Positions 14,801 to 25,700 of a stretch of DNA of 64,000 bases are shown piece after piece. Below the pieces are notes generated by a model. The model saw nothing but the letters and a program-made list of their open reading frames with translations, was not told where the DNA came from and searched no databases. The first letter of the stretch is position 1. Every line of letters begins with the position of its first letter. Source of the DNA: Phoronis australis (taxonomy: Eukaryota > Animalia > Phoronida); NCBI GenBank assembly GCA_002633005.1, contig NMRA01000054.1:1097147-1161146 (forward strand), given 5' to 3'. The position numbers and the translations under genes are program-made.

Positions 14801-17800
14801 AATTCAAGATTTTACCCATTCACCCTAAGTTGCTAATCTTTGCCTTTTGTAGTTGCTAATGCTTCGCCTGTAAGTTCAGGTCAGATTACGTACAAAGTTG
14901 TGAATATCCGTTTCTGTTGACACATTTAAGTGTGTGATGACACTTGATGTTTCATTGTTCTTAAGTTAGCTATTTGACCTCCAGGTGGTGCTAGTGAAGC
15001 TTTTCCTTTCACAAGACCTTCCTTCCCCTGCAGGATTCTGTGAACTGTCTATGTATTTCCCGCGCAACTCAGAAATTGTTCATTCATTGATGGATACTGT
15101 ATAAAGTAATTCTGTTGTGTCCATAAAATATTTTCGCTGAGCTTCTTTCATCATCTGTTGCTGTTTCTCCATTGTAGCACAGCCCCAACTCCACTGAGAA
15201 GGAGTGGAATGGTCTTGTACGAGACCTACTGGATGAGAAGGCAGACATGATCGTGGCGCCACTCACCATAGGCAGTCAACGACTAGAGTTCATTGATTTT
15301 ACGAAACCTTTCAAATATCAGGGGATTAAAATACTGATTAAAGAGGTAATGACAAGTTCATTGAATTACGGTAAAAAATCTCCAGTTTGGAACAATCAAA
15401 AATTGATTATTTTGCTCGAAGTCAGAACTTGTATCAAATTTTGAAAATGGGCAATATTTGCTGTCTCAGATTCAAGAATTGTGAGAAAGACAAGTGTTTT
15501 GTGAAATTTTAAATCTAATTTGAAAACTTGAGCTTGGATTACAACTCAGTGTGTTGATTAAGTAAATGATGTGGAAATACCAGATATGCTCAATATTTCC
15601 ATGACCTACAGCGGAATATCATATAAAAATACCTTGCAAGTGGCTGATGTTTTAAATGCGTCCCAGTAGAAGCATCGATTTAGCAATATTTGTCTGCATT
15701 GACTCATTCCTTCAACGAGTATGACTGTTTATTACAGTAGCTCTGCTCTCTCTCTCTCTCTCTCTCTCTAGAAAGTGAAGGAGTCCAGCCTTGGCTCATT
15801 CCTGCAGCCGTTTGAGAACAACCTGTGGATTCTGGTTATGTTCTCAGTGCATGTTGTCGCCCTTGTGCTGTACCTCCTTGACCGATTCAGTCCGTTTGGT
15901 CAGTTCAAACTGGCCAAGGCCAGTGATGCTGAGGAGGACGCGCTCAACCTGTCTACTGCTGTCTGGTTCTCTTGGGGGGTTCTACTTAACAGTGGAATCA
16001 GCGAAGGTGTGTCGGAGCTGGTGTTAATAGATGTTTGAGTTTTGGTAGCTGATATTCAATCAATCAATCAATTTATTTCTGTAATAAAGGTCAGAGGCCC
16101 ACTGTATAAGAGAACAGCATGTAACATGCTTATGAGTGCAGCAAGCTATCGTGGAGATGAAGAGCATAAAGTACATATTCACATACTAGGTTAACTAATT
16201 TAGCATCATCACTTGTCGACATTAATTTATTGAACTTGAAAAAAGATAAGGAAATAATACACTTCAGTATCATTTTCTCTCACTTCAAGACATTTAGCAC
16301 AGCTTAGAAGGAAATGGTATTACACTGTATTAAACTATTTATGAAAACCTCTTAATATACAACTTTGTTCTGTACAATGTGCAAATAGTGTACATCTGAA
16401 GACTGGAACAAGGCTGTGGTCACGTAACGTATGCCCATTTGTGTTTTTGTATGATGATCGTGATATTTAGTCGAACAAATATTGACTATTAATAACATTA
16501 TGTTAATGTTTTATTTTGTCTAGGCACACCTCGCAGTTTCAGTGCCCGCGTGCTGGGCATGGTGTGGGCTGGGTTTGCCATGATAATCGTTGCCTCATAC
16601 ACAGCTAACCTGGCTGCATTCCTCGTGTTAGACAGACCCACAGCACCTATATCTGGTCGCGATGATCCAAGGGTATGGTTTTTTGCTATTATGAAGACGT
16701 ACTACATACAGTTATAATGCTTATGAATGAATGAAATGAAACTAGTCAGATTCTGCTAATAAGCATTTCCATTGTACATTTGCTTGAAGTATATTCCACT
16801 TGCGGGCTGCCAAACCAGAAAGTGGGATGAAATCCTTGTACCTTAACCTTGCATAAGGTGTGTAGCTCTGCACGAGGAAAACGAGTGTGCGGTTTTACTA
16901 ATCTCAGACAAATTCCTGATGTTAACCACGACACTAATTGAGGGGAATTGGGTCAAACAACCACCTGGCTTCCTATCTTGCAAGACCTCTAACTAGTTAA
17001 ACCACAGGACCGCAGAGATCGGAGTATGTGCCACCCTCAGAATGACGATAAATTTTCAAAATGGCGTCTGGTGGTAGCTATGGTACAGAGTTTGAACATG
17101 GAAAAGCATTTGTTTGATCCGTCTTCGTGTGTCCAAAATTGGTGAGATTCCCCCCCATGTTTGCAGCTACGCAACCCCCAAGACACGTTCCGTTACGGCA
17201 CAGTGCGAGCCAGTGCTGTGGAGCAGTACTTCAAAGAACAGGTAGAACTGTCAACGATGTCACGGACAATGGAGGTGAACAATGTGGCCAAGGCATCAGA
17301 TGGCATCAACAAGGTGCTTAGAGGGTAAGAAGGGCAACGAGACAGCCTTCGCTTGGTACAAGGGTGTATAGATGAACTATTATAGCAAACATTGTATGTC
17401 ACTTAAATGGCTCTCATGCTTTAGCATCAAAAATTGTGAAATGGAAAGTTGAATATCTGAATGGAGAAGAACCTTTTTAGACAAGTGCGATTGTTAAACA
17501 GGTACTGGATTTTTCTTCAGTAGGATGCATCTTTAGATATGCCAAGCAAAAGTTGTTTATTTTTTGGGAAAAATATGCGTGGTTGAATCCTGAAACTTTG
17601 TGTAGTTTGATAGGACATGGACTCCAAAAGCGTAACCAAAGCAAGTTTTAAACTAATGCCTACCTGTGGCAACACTCATACATCGGTGTATTGTGTATTG
17701 ACTCCTGGTTTGATATGCATACAGGTTACAATATCGATATACCCGAGCCTTTCGTCAATACTAAATATGTACCCGAGTGTATATTTGGATTGGATTTTTA

Positions 17801-20800
17801 ATCCCTAAACTGCTGTATTATCAATAAATGCCCCATGCTCATCTGCAGAAAACATGATGCGTATGTCCCTGGATGCTCTTAACTCATCCTGAGACATCAC
17901 TTCCAGATGGCCAGTTCACGTCAACACAGTTGCCATATGTATATTATATGTGTGTGACTGCTCAATTAGTGAAGTTGTCAACAATGTTTGACGTTTGGTG
18001 TCACTTGCAAAATGTGTAAATTTCTTTCCCTTTGTTACAATTTTGAGTATTGATTTACCATCAGTAGTCACTTACGGGGGTTCCGCATTTTGAGAACCAG
18101 TTTGACCTCTGTTATTCAGTGGGGAAAACTGGTTCTCAAATGCTAGCTACCACTGAGGTACCATGCTATTACCTCCTCTTATTTGTTTTGCTAAAGTGAA
18201 CTGAACGCCTTTCTATGGGACCAGTCACGCTTGGAGTTTGAAGCTCGACAACACTGTGATCTGAATGCTGTCGGTGAGACATTTGGCAAGTCAAGTTACG
18301 GTGTGGGAATGAGGAAGGGTAGTCCCTGGCTTCAGAAGGTGTCCTTGGCCATATTAGCAATGCATGAAGGTTTGTACATTCTTGCAGAACAGCGACTCTG
18401 TCCAGTGAGGATTACTTGGTATCTCAGACAAAGGAACGTGTAGTGGCTCCAGCTCTTTGGACATGGGGGGTAATTCGCAGCTTCAGCAACCGTGACTGTT
18501 TAGATCTGGGCTTTACATTCAGATGTGTGTTCCATGGTCATTCAAGAACTAGAGCCCAGTTTAGTACACTTTCCCCAGCTCATTTTGGACCATTTGTCTG
18601 CCTGAAGCGTCCTAAGGCATGCGCACGTGGAATTCAGTGGGTCGTGACATGGCATTGTACAGTGCTGCTACATATGTTAGTTTGATCTTGAATTAGATCA
18701 GATGCAGATTTTGTTCTGTGGTATCGGAGAATTCAGAAAAAGAAAATATCTCTGGTGAATCATTAGCTATAGACCACAAAGTGTGGCGGAAAAGTCATCA
18801 AAGTTTGTTTTGTAAAATGTGAACACTAAAATTACAATTGATCTGTAAAATTCCCGTGAGTTTTGGTGTTTCCTAGAAATAGTTGGCACTTCAGCCATTA
18901 TTTGTTTATTAAGAACACACCAAATATGAGCAAAACTAAGTACGCAAATCGAGTTTTGTTACTGGATTCCGCGTGGTCTAGGGAGATTTGTATGAAATTT
19001 TGACTGAGAGTCGATGTTCTGTTGGCCTTTACACTACACTGCCAACTTGTTCACAGAAATAGGCCCGTCCTGAGTAAGCACAGCTCCACTCTAATTCTAA
19101 GGTATTTACCCACAATACACCATGTATGTCATGTGCTAATTAATTATCATAACAAGTAATTCATCATAATTGTAATGTAGGCAGACTTGCATAACTACAA
19201 TTTGGGTTGTAATGGTGACACCAAGGGATTTTCAAAAGGGGAAAATGTCGGTATTGGATGTGATCTTCAAAGTCAACTCGGGAGTGCATCACTTCTCAAT
19301 TAGAAAGTCATTCATCCAATCTGGTGTTCAATTGAAGACGCACCTGTAGTGCTGCATGACTGTCTTCAACTGCCTCATTCTTAAGCATTCTTTTGTTCCT
19401 TGTGGTCCTCTTTGCAGATGGCTTCATGGAGGGACTAGACAACAAGTGGATCATGAATTATACAAACGTGGAGTGTAAAGAGACCAAGAGTTCACCAGCT
19501 ACACTCGGCCTCACCAACATGGCTGGTAACACAATTTTGAGACTTTTCTATTCTAAAGGTTATGAAGTTGATAAAGTTGGCGAACCACCTGCTTGGTAAA
19601 GTTGTGAAACCACCCTGAAAGGAAACAATGGGGTAGTCCGCCTCCGAGGCACAGTCTGATCGCCTACACGTATTCATGTTTTTTACAATCTTGTTTCGTT
19701 TAACTTCAGTAGTTGTGTCTTCATCATTTTGAGAGTAAGTTGTGAATTACTTGCAGGTGTTTTTATGATGGTTGCTGGTGGTATTGTGGTTGGCGTCATT
19801 CTCATTTTCATTGAAATTGCCTACAAACACTACAGGGGCATCAAAGCGAAAGAGCAGGACTTGGCTAGAATGGCTGCCAATAGGTGGCGCAGTAACATTG
19901 AGGTAATGGTGTTGAAACGGATGCTGCTGCAACAAATGAGCCATTGGTTGATAGTTTTTTGCTGTGTGAAATGAGTTCTTGTTGTCTGTTGTCAGAATTG
20001 AAGAGTCACTTTTTATGGATCTTCAGCGTTGTTGTGAGCGATTGCTGGAGGGATGTTAAAAGCTAATTATGTCTGGTTACTGTAAATAGCTATAAATCTG
20101 CTCCGTATTTCGGTGCTTCTCAACTGAAACATTCACGGAAAACTGCTTCACTTGTGAAGGACTGTTTAGTAGGACTTACTGTATTCCTCCTTCATAGTTG
20201 ATCAATTCTCACCAGCGGGAATCAATTTTTAAATGCAAAAGTTGCTCCCAAACACATAACTCATGACTACTGTTTGTTTATCCATAGTTTGTGAATGGAT
20301 TCTTTTTTCTTTTCCTTTCATAAATACGTAGTTGGAGAAATTAAAAGAGTGACTATTCGAGTTATATGGAGAAAAAATAATCTCTTGCAGGGGTATAAAT
20401 GCTAAATAAGGATTTTTTGTTCTTTTATTTAACAAACTGGCTTATTCTTTATGCCAATTTCAGCTGAGAAAGTTTGAAGGTGGTGCCTTTTAACTGTTTT
20501 ACTTAGTTTTCTCTGCTTCTGTGGTTTGTTTTTTTATTTCATTTGAGTTATCTTCTTTTTCTGCAGAAACGCAAGCGACTACGCGACACTTGGGCTTTCT
20601 ATCGTTCAGCTTTTGCCCATCCTCAGACAGGTTCTGTTTAGCCTTTTGTTGCATTTCTATCACTACTTCTCATTTATACATTCTTTGCCATGTTTAATTT
20701 TCAAACTCTGTGCTAATCTTGTATTTTCTGTTTCTTTTTTTAATTTTGTATAATTTGAGATTCTGCTGTGACTGATAAGTCACTGAGAGGTTTGGATGGT

Positions 20801-22070
20801 TGTAATGGTGACTCAAGTGTGAAACTCAAGATGTTGCGATATAAACCTGGTCCCCTTTTGTTTCTTTTTTTCTTTTAATTTAAACACTGACCATATTAAC
20901 CACTAGCAGAAGAGTGTTAAATAATGTGATTTCAAAATTTTACTTATTAGAATTTAACGTTAGTTGCTTTTACTTCTTATCACTGACTCTTGAAAATAAT
21001 GGTACAATAGTTGAAATTGAGAATAGAAAGTCATTTCTTGTTTCATGAGTGAAATTTGTCTCCCAGAACACATTGTGCTAAATTCAATTACAAAAGTAAG
21101 AGTTTGTCTAATTTTGGGGCAGGCACGTTATTTTGTGTCAGTTTGTAATATATCCACCTTGTTTGGTTAAATGTATTAAATTTATTTCATAAAGTGTCTT
21201 ATTAGCTGTCAGGTCCAGTATCTTAAGAAGACATCAGGAGCCATTAAATGATATACAAATATGGGCTGACCGCAGGATGATATCAGGTCATATGAACCAA
21301 GGTAGGGTAATAACACACTTCCGAGGTTCATGTGACCTGATACACCCGAGGAATCAGTCTGTATTTGTTTTATTATATGACCACTGCTTCTTCTTTCCTC
21401 TTATTTATGAAAAGTGATATTCTTCACTAAGTCAATATCATGCTGTATCAGAAGAAGTTACACTGTGTTTCAGCCAGTCAGTAACCAGAAGTATTATTGG
21501 TGATGTAATAATTTCTAGTAATCTAGAGAGTTAATCACGTTATAGAACAAGTCGTCATTTCAACTTAAATGTTTCAGCAACAGCTTTGCTAAGCTTGGGT
21601 AGTGTGATAAAGCTTGGCAAAAATATCTTATTTGCAAAGATAAACAAAATGGAATTTCATTTATGTGGTTACCATGGAAATAATGTGTTTACTGATCCAT
21701 GGCAGATGTCTTCACACTTGATGACAGCAACTTCTGTTATCACGACATGCTGCTTGGAGTAAAATTTATTTCTAAATAAATATTATTCAGTTTGTATTAT
21801 CCAAAAGGCTTTTTTTTACTTCTGTTTGAATTTTTGTGCTGTTTTTTTTTGCAGAAGAGAAAAATTTTAAGGAGGACCATCTATCACCAGCCTATGGACC
21901 TGATGCTTGTTAAGGATAATGACGGCGGTGTGCAATCATTGGACAACGTGAGCAGCGAAATGTCTTCCGAACTTGTTCATAATCACGTGGACAATAACTT
22001 TTGCACATACGCTGATCCTATTGAATACACGAGCCCATCGTACATGTTAATGAGAGAACAACGAGTGTGA
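2711..22070 (+). CDS. GRIN1: NMDA receptor subunit 1 (GluN1/Nmdar1)-like gene, 5'-incomplete. join(2711..2811,3968..4080,4519..4723,8444..8597,9941..10036,11266..11428,14435..14556,15178..15345,15772..16006,16524..16672,17167..17324,18197..18369,19418..19525,19757..19902,21855..22070)
   Basis: All exons have AG/GT boundaries with compatible phases and no internal stop. The translation carries GluN1 motifs: [117 protein letters not shown]. Confidence 0.95.
3968..4080 (+). CDS. GRIN1: GluN1 exon, ATD ([37 protein letters not shown])
   Basis: ttttcag acceptor, gtgccc donor; TG..Y.WLV.E motif. Confidence 0.9.
4519..4723 (+). CDS. GRIN1: GluN1 exon, ATD ([21 protein letters not shown]...GEIIY)
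   Basis: caccag acceptor, gtaagg donor; E.AHI.D.V motif. Confidence 0.9.
4746..5189. mobile_element. Non-autonomous hAT-like MITE (CAGGGCTTGGAA ends) with 6-bp TSD GTGCTA
   Basis: Perfect 12-bp TIR; GTGCTA on both flanks; second copy at 10123-10621. Confidence 0.85.
6064..8018. mobile_element. Non-autonomous Kolobok-like DNA transposon (about 1.95 kb)
   Basis: TTAA on both flanks; TIR GGTAGGTGTATACAC / GTGTATCCACCTACC (one mismatch); inverted ggcggagctta / taagctccgcc motif inside; no transposase ORF. Confidence 0.75.
8444..8597 (+). CDS. GRIN1: GluN1 exon, ATD ([33 protein letters not shown]...)
   Basis: tttcctag acceptor, gtaacc donor; V.FN..GDR..A.Y.I.N motif. Confidence 0.9.
9941..10036 (+). 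CDS. GRIN1: GluN1 exon, ATD-S1 linker ([32 protein letters not shown])
   Basis: tctcag acceptor, gtatgt donor; IWPGG motif; 96 nt, phase 0-0. Confidence 0.9.
10123..10621. mobile_element. Second copy of the CAGGGCTTGGAA MITE, 6-bp TSD ACATAC
   Basis: Same TIR and body as 4746-5189; ACATAC on both flanks. Confidence 0.85.
11266..11428 (+). CDS. GRIN1: GluN1 exon, start of S1 and loop 1 ([13 protein letters not shown]...YCPKTLPNG)
   Basis: tccag acceptor, gtgaga donor; VTIEE.PF motif. Confidence 0.9.
11497..13433. mobile_element. Probable non-autonomous hAT-like element
   Basis: CAGTGACTCATCTAG ... CTAGATGAGTACCTG, a 15-bp TIR with 2 mismatches; TSD not clean. Confidence 0.5.
14435..14556 (+). 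CDS. GRIN1: GluN1 exon, S1 ([14 protein letters not shown]...[11 protein letters not shown])
   Basis: ttttgtag acceptor, gtaagt donor; CCYG motif. Confidence 0.92.
15178..15345 (+). CDS. GRIN1: GluN1 exon, S1 ([14 protein letters not shown]...[33 protein letters not shown])
   Basis: ttgtag acceptor, gtaatg donor; agonist-binding P-x-T and R residues present. Confidence 0.95.
15746..15769 (+). repeat. (CT)n microsatellite forming the polypyrimidine tract of the M1/M2 exon
   Basis: About 12 CT units directly before the acceptor AG at 15770-15771. Confidence 0.9.
15772..16006 (+). CDS. GRIN1: GluN1 exon, pre-M1, M1 and M2 pore loop (...[14 protein letters not shown])
   Basis: (ct)n-tag acceptor, gtgtgt donor; N-site Asn codon at 15988-15990. 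Confidence 0.95.
16057..16400 (-). mobile_element. Degenerate 3' end of an L2/Daphne-type LINE
   Basis: The minus strand reads YHFLLSC...FKFNKLMS, then AATAAA and a (TTGA)n tail. Confidence 0.5.
16524..16672 (+). CDS. GRIN1: GluN1 exon, M3 with SYTANLAAF gate
   Basis: gtctag acceptor, gtatgg donor; translation [50 protein letters not shown]. Confidence 0.97.
16723..17015 (-). mobile_element. Degenerate tRNA-derived SINE
   Basis: Minus-strand A-box-like TGGTTTAACTAGTTAGA, decayed B box, and a (TTCA)n tail at 16723-16741. Confidence 0.45.
17167..17324 (+). CDS. GRIN1: GluN1 exon, S2 ([36 protein letters not shown]...)
   Basis: ttgcag acceptor, gtaaga donor; LRNP and QVELSTM motifs. Confidence 0.95.
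18197..18369 (+). CDS. GRIN1: GluN1 exon, S2 ([22 protein letters not shown]...SLAILAMHE)
   Basis: ctaaag acceptor, gtttgt donor; AF.WD...LEFEA motif. Confidence 0.93.
19418..19525 (+). CDS. GRIN1: GluN1 exon, end of S2 ([12 protein letters not shown]...[17 protein letters not shown])
   Basis: tttgcag acceptor, gtaaca donor. Confidence 0.95.
19757..19902 (+). CDS. GRIN1: GluN1 exon, M4 and C0 ([24 protein letters not shown]...RWRSNIE)
   Basis: ttgcag acceptor, gtaatg donor; hydrophobic M4 followed by IEIAYK. Confidence 0.95.
20567..20641 (+). CDS. GRIN1: Candidate proximal alternative last exon of GluN1 ([24 protein letters not shown])
   Basis: Strong polypyrimidine tract and ctgcag acceptor; phase 0 matches the M4 exon; begins KRK-x-LR-x-T like the distal last exon. 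Confidence 0.65.
   Translation, partial: KRKRLRDTWAFYRSAFAHPQTGSV
21255..21368. repeat. Long imperfect palindrome in the intron between the two last exons
   Basis: acaaatatgggctga...tatcaggtcatatgaacc pairs with ggttcatgtgacctgata...tcagtctgtatttgt. Confidence 0.8.
21855..22070 (+). CDS. GRIN1: Distal last coding exon of GluN1 ([13 protein letters not shown]...MREQRV*)
   Basis: T-rich tract and gcag acceptor; phase 0; open for 71 codons to TGA. Confidence 0.85.
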   Translation, partial: KRKILRRTIYHQPMDLMLVKDNDGGVQSLDNVSSEMSSELVHNHVDNNFCTYADPIEYTSPSYMLMREQRV

Positions 22071-22770
22071 GCAGTCAGCCATTTTGGTAGAGTGCAGCGC
22101 TCTGGTCAGGCGTCTGGCATCTCGGTGTCTGACTTCTTCATGACTTGGGCTGGTTGTCCAGGCATTCTGTTTTGTTTTGTGTAAAGGACATTTGCCATCA
22201 AGATGAAGTTTAACCAAGAGATGTGTTTACGGTGTTGGAGAGGCAATATCTCGTACGTTTTTGCTAGTTTGTATTTCTATTTGTATTGAATGACTGCTTT
22301 AAGACAAAGTAATCCCTATACGATTTCTTAGTCAGAATCTCTGAACTTTTTTCCATTATGAAATTGTGATTTATTTATGGTTAGTCTTCACTTATTTCAC
22401 TCAAAATAATTGCCAGAATTGTCATTTTCCAGTTTTCAGATGCTGATTACTTAACTGCAAATATTAGAAAAGTTACCAAAATATTTGTTTTGTGACTTCT
22501 ACGCAGTCCAAACCGTGCTAAAAATAGACTGAAGTTTTCTTTGTCTTCATTTTTATGTAGAAATTTGATAAAGTAGTATTTCATTTGTCTGCCATATTTT
22601 GTACTGAATAAGTGAAGAGTCACCATATTGTCTACTAACCCAAGAGTGATATGTGTGCTTTGATTTTTCCTCAAATCATGATTGCAGTTACGATCTGTGT
22701 GTCATCTATCATTATTTACGGTGTTGCCATTTAAAATGTTATTATATTAGAGGTTTGGTTATGTACAGAC

Positions 22771-22781
22771 AATAAAATAAA
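22771..22781 (+). promoter_or_regulatory. Candidate polyadenylation signal (overlapping AATAAA) for the distal GluN1 isoform
   Basis: aataaaataaa about 700 nt after the stop codon, followed by GT-rich sequence. Other AATAAA sites lie further downstream (about 24896). Confidence 0.35.
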
Positions 22782-25700
22782 TGTTATTTCTTGTGCTGGT
22801 ACATAGGTAATCAATGTACACTGTTGCAATAGCAGACATTTAAGATAGAACTCTCTAGCACTGTAATTGCATGAAAGCATCTTTCACTTCCTCAAATCTC
22901 TATCTGCCTCATAAGCTTAGACGTTATTGGTATTCTTAGAGTAAAGTCTCACCAATTCATAAAATATGGTGGATAGGTAAAATTTTATTCCTTCTTGAAT
23001 GATACACTGTACCAAAATGCTTTGTTATATTCAAGTTCAGTACCCTAACTGTCATCAGACAGAGTTTAAACAATTCTGACTGCAGCAATGTTAGAAGCCC
23101 TTGAAAAATTAAAAAGTACTATTTTGACAATTTTTGTTCAAAACTGGTTAGATTTTTTCATACTTGTAGCACTGGTAGTGGCAGCAGTTGCATTATTTTA
23201 AACAATTCTCAAAAGTTGGGGAGACACGAAATGTACCTTTTGGTCTAAATGTACATATGGAATCATGCTTGAAGCATGCTGTGAGAAAATGTTTTTGAAA
23301 CCCATAGCACTTTTAAATGTATTGCACTAGCATCGCCTTTTGGGGTTTCAGTTGGCTTTGTGGAAATATTGAGGTTGTTGTTAATTTTGTAATTTGTATC
23401 TAACCCACATTTCTATGCATTTAGTCCTTTTTATATTATTGAAAATGTGGGTGTGTGAAGGGTAACATTTCAATACAAGACGAACCTGACATTGTCATGG
23501 TTGTCTCTTTAAAGTAGTACACTGCGCTGTGGGTTACAAGTTTTATTGTTGTTGATTCTCTCACTTGAAGAAAAACGGAGATTTATCTTAATTGCTGGCT
23601 TTAAATTTAATGGAAGCATTTTTAACAGGTTCTCTTCCAACTTGAGTATTGGAAACTTGGATGGACTTTCGCCTAATATAATGCTCTCCACAGGTTTGTT
23701 GATAAGCACTCTGTTACCATGGCTACTTTGAATAATACTCACCTGTGTTTGATCATTAGATAAGCGAAGCATCGAAGCTGACTGAAGTCTTAGTAAATTC
23801 GTATTTCACACAATTTCGAGGTTTTTTGGTACGGAAAGTTGACGTTTATAGTGTTACAAGATGATTTGAGAATTTAAAGCTGTATTTCACCCTGCTGGTA
23901 AAAATTTAACAAAGCCTTTTACTCTAATTATATTCCTTATTGTGATAGAATTCTATTTTCATTACCAACAAAACATCAAAACCATTGAGGTAATACTTCA
24001 GAGTTTCTTAGGGTTGACCCACAGGTTGGCTCAGTTGACAATAGTTTGTGTTTGGATGAGCTCGGTAATGTTTTTAAACCCCAAATCGACTGGGTTAGGA
24101 ATGCAGCAATGGTAGCTGAACAGTTAAAATGTCACTTTAATATAACACCAGGAACTCCATGGCATAGTTGTTTTTTAAGTTTGCTGTGGAATTATAATTC
24201 CAGTTTGAAGTAAACAATTTAGCTTTCCATCCGACCTAGCGTCCCACTTGAATCACTCATTAAGAAAGTATTGAAAGTCTCGTTTTGCTCCAATGTTTAA
24301 AAGCAAGACGGATTATTTGGTGTGCTTCTCTGCAGATTTAACTTAATTTAGTGGGTTTTAAGATTGTGCAATGTTACATGAATTTTAACATATGGTTATA
24401 TGGTGCTTGTATTTCTCGTGTTCTTTGCCTTTTGAAAGATTTGTTTGGTTTAACATTTAACACTTTTCTTCAAACATGGGCATTATTATACATTAAATGC
24501 AATTTAATTGTACCCTGGAACTGCAGCTAGAGTGTAGATTCTAGTAACAGTTAAACTGTTGCCAGTTGTATATACAGTTGATGCCCAGTTATTGGCTGTG
24601 TAGTTGGTTCACCATGGTATACAACCGCAGCTGTCATATTTTAAGCCGTTTTGGATAGAAGTTGGATGCATCATTTCTATGTGCGGTGGGTGACCTTATT
24701 TTGTGACTTTATAAAACATTTAAAAGGGTTATTCGCGAGTTCAAACTGTTGTACATTTCACCCATACTGCAGACACCCACACTTAGGAGTCATCAGTCAG
24801 AGATCAAATAGAAAATTAAGTCAAAACATTTATTAAGTTTTGATCGAGTTATGTGAGGACGAAATGAACACTTTGAGATCATCAGTTACAGATCAAATAA
24901 AAAACAAGTTAACAAAATTTACTATTCTACTGCTATGAGGACTGCAACTGTATGAAATTGTCACTGGTATTCCATTTTCACGAAAGACGTCGCTTTAGTC
25001 GGTTGGCTTGCGTAGTAAATGACTGGTATTCAGTATCCCATTCTTTATTTTAACTTGCTTTTGCAGATCTTCCTCTGAGTCGAGTCTAAACGTGAATGAG
25101 ATTCCCTTCGTCATGTGTTCATGTTATAGTTTTCCATTTTAAAGCCACTATGAACGGTGTCCTGGGTTCCGTTCCAACAAAACTGACTTGGCTAAGACAA
25201 ATCTTAAATTTTATTTAATTTTAAAATAAAAGTTCAATTTATTTCAAAACCAATTCAAGAAAGAGATCTTAAATTGTGTTTGACATAAGTTTTGTCTTAA
25301 TTTTGACTAACTTACCAAATTTCTTGTTTGTAATTCAGAAGCTCATTGATGTAAGCAACCCAGATTGGAATAGGCGAAATTTACTACCACTTGAGCGAAA
25401 ATCAAATTTTAACACATTAGAATCACGGACATGTTCACCTGACGCAAATGCCCGCACACACAGCAAAACTACCACACCAACGGTAATTATGAAAAAAGAG
25501 CGAACGTGCCCACGCCTATTCGCAAAGGTGTGTAACTGAGGTAGCCAACTTGCCTAAACAAATAGTCTGTGTTTTTTGGGTTAACTTTTAACAACTGCGT
25601 CTTGTTCCAAACGTACGCGAACTTGTTCTTTTCCCTTAATTAGTCCATTCGTCGATCAGCCGTCGCGTCGCGTGCCGTTCACGTTCGGATATTCGGGGTC

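Noticed and set aside
23509-23772. Overlapping ORFs downstream of the GluN1 stop
   Set aside because: No motifs or splice signals; likely UTR or intergenic sequence.
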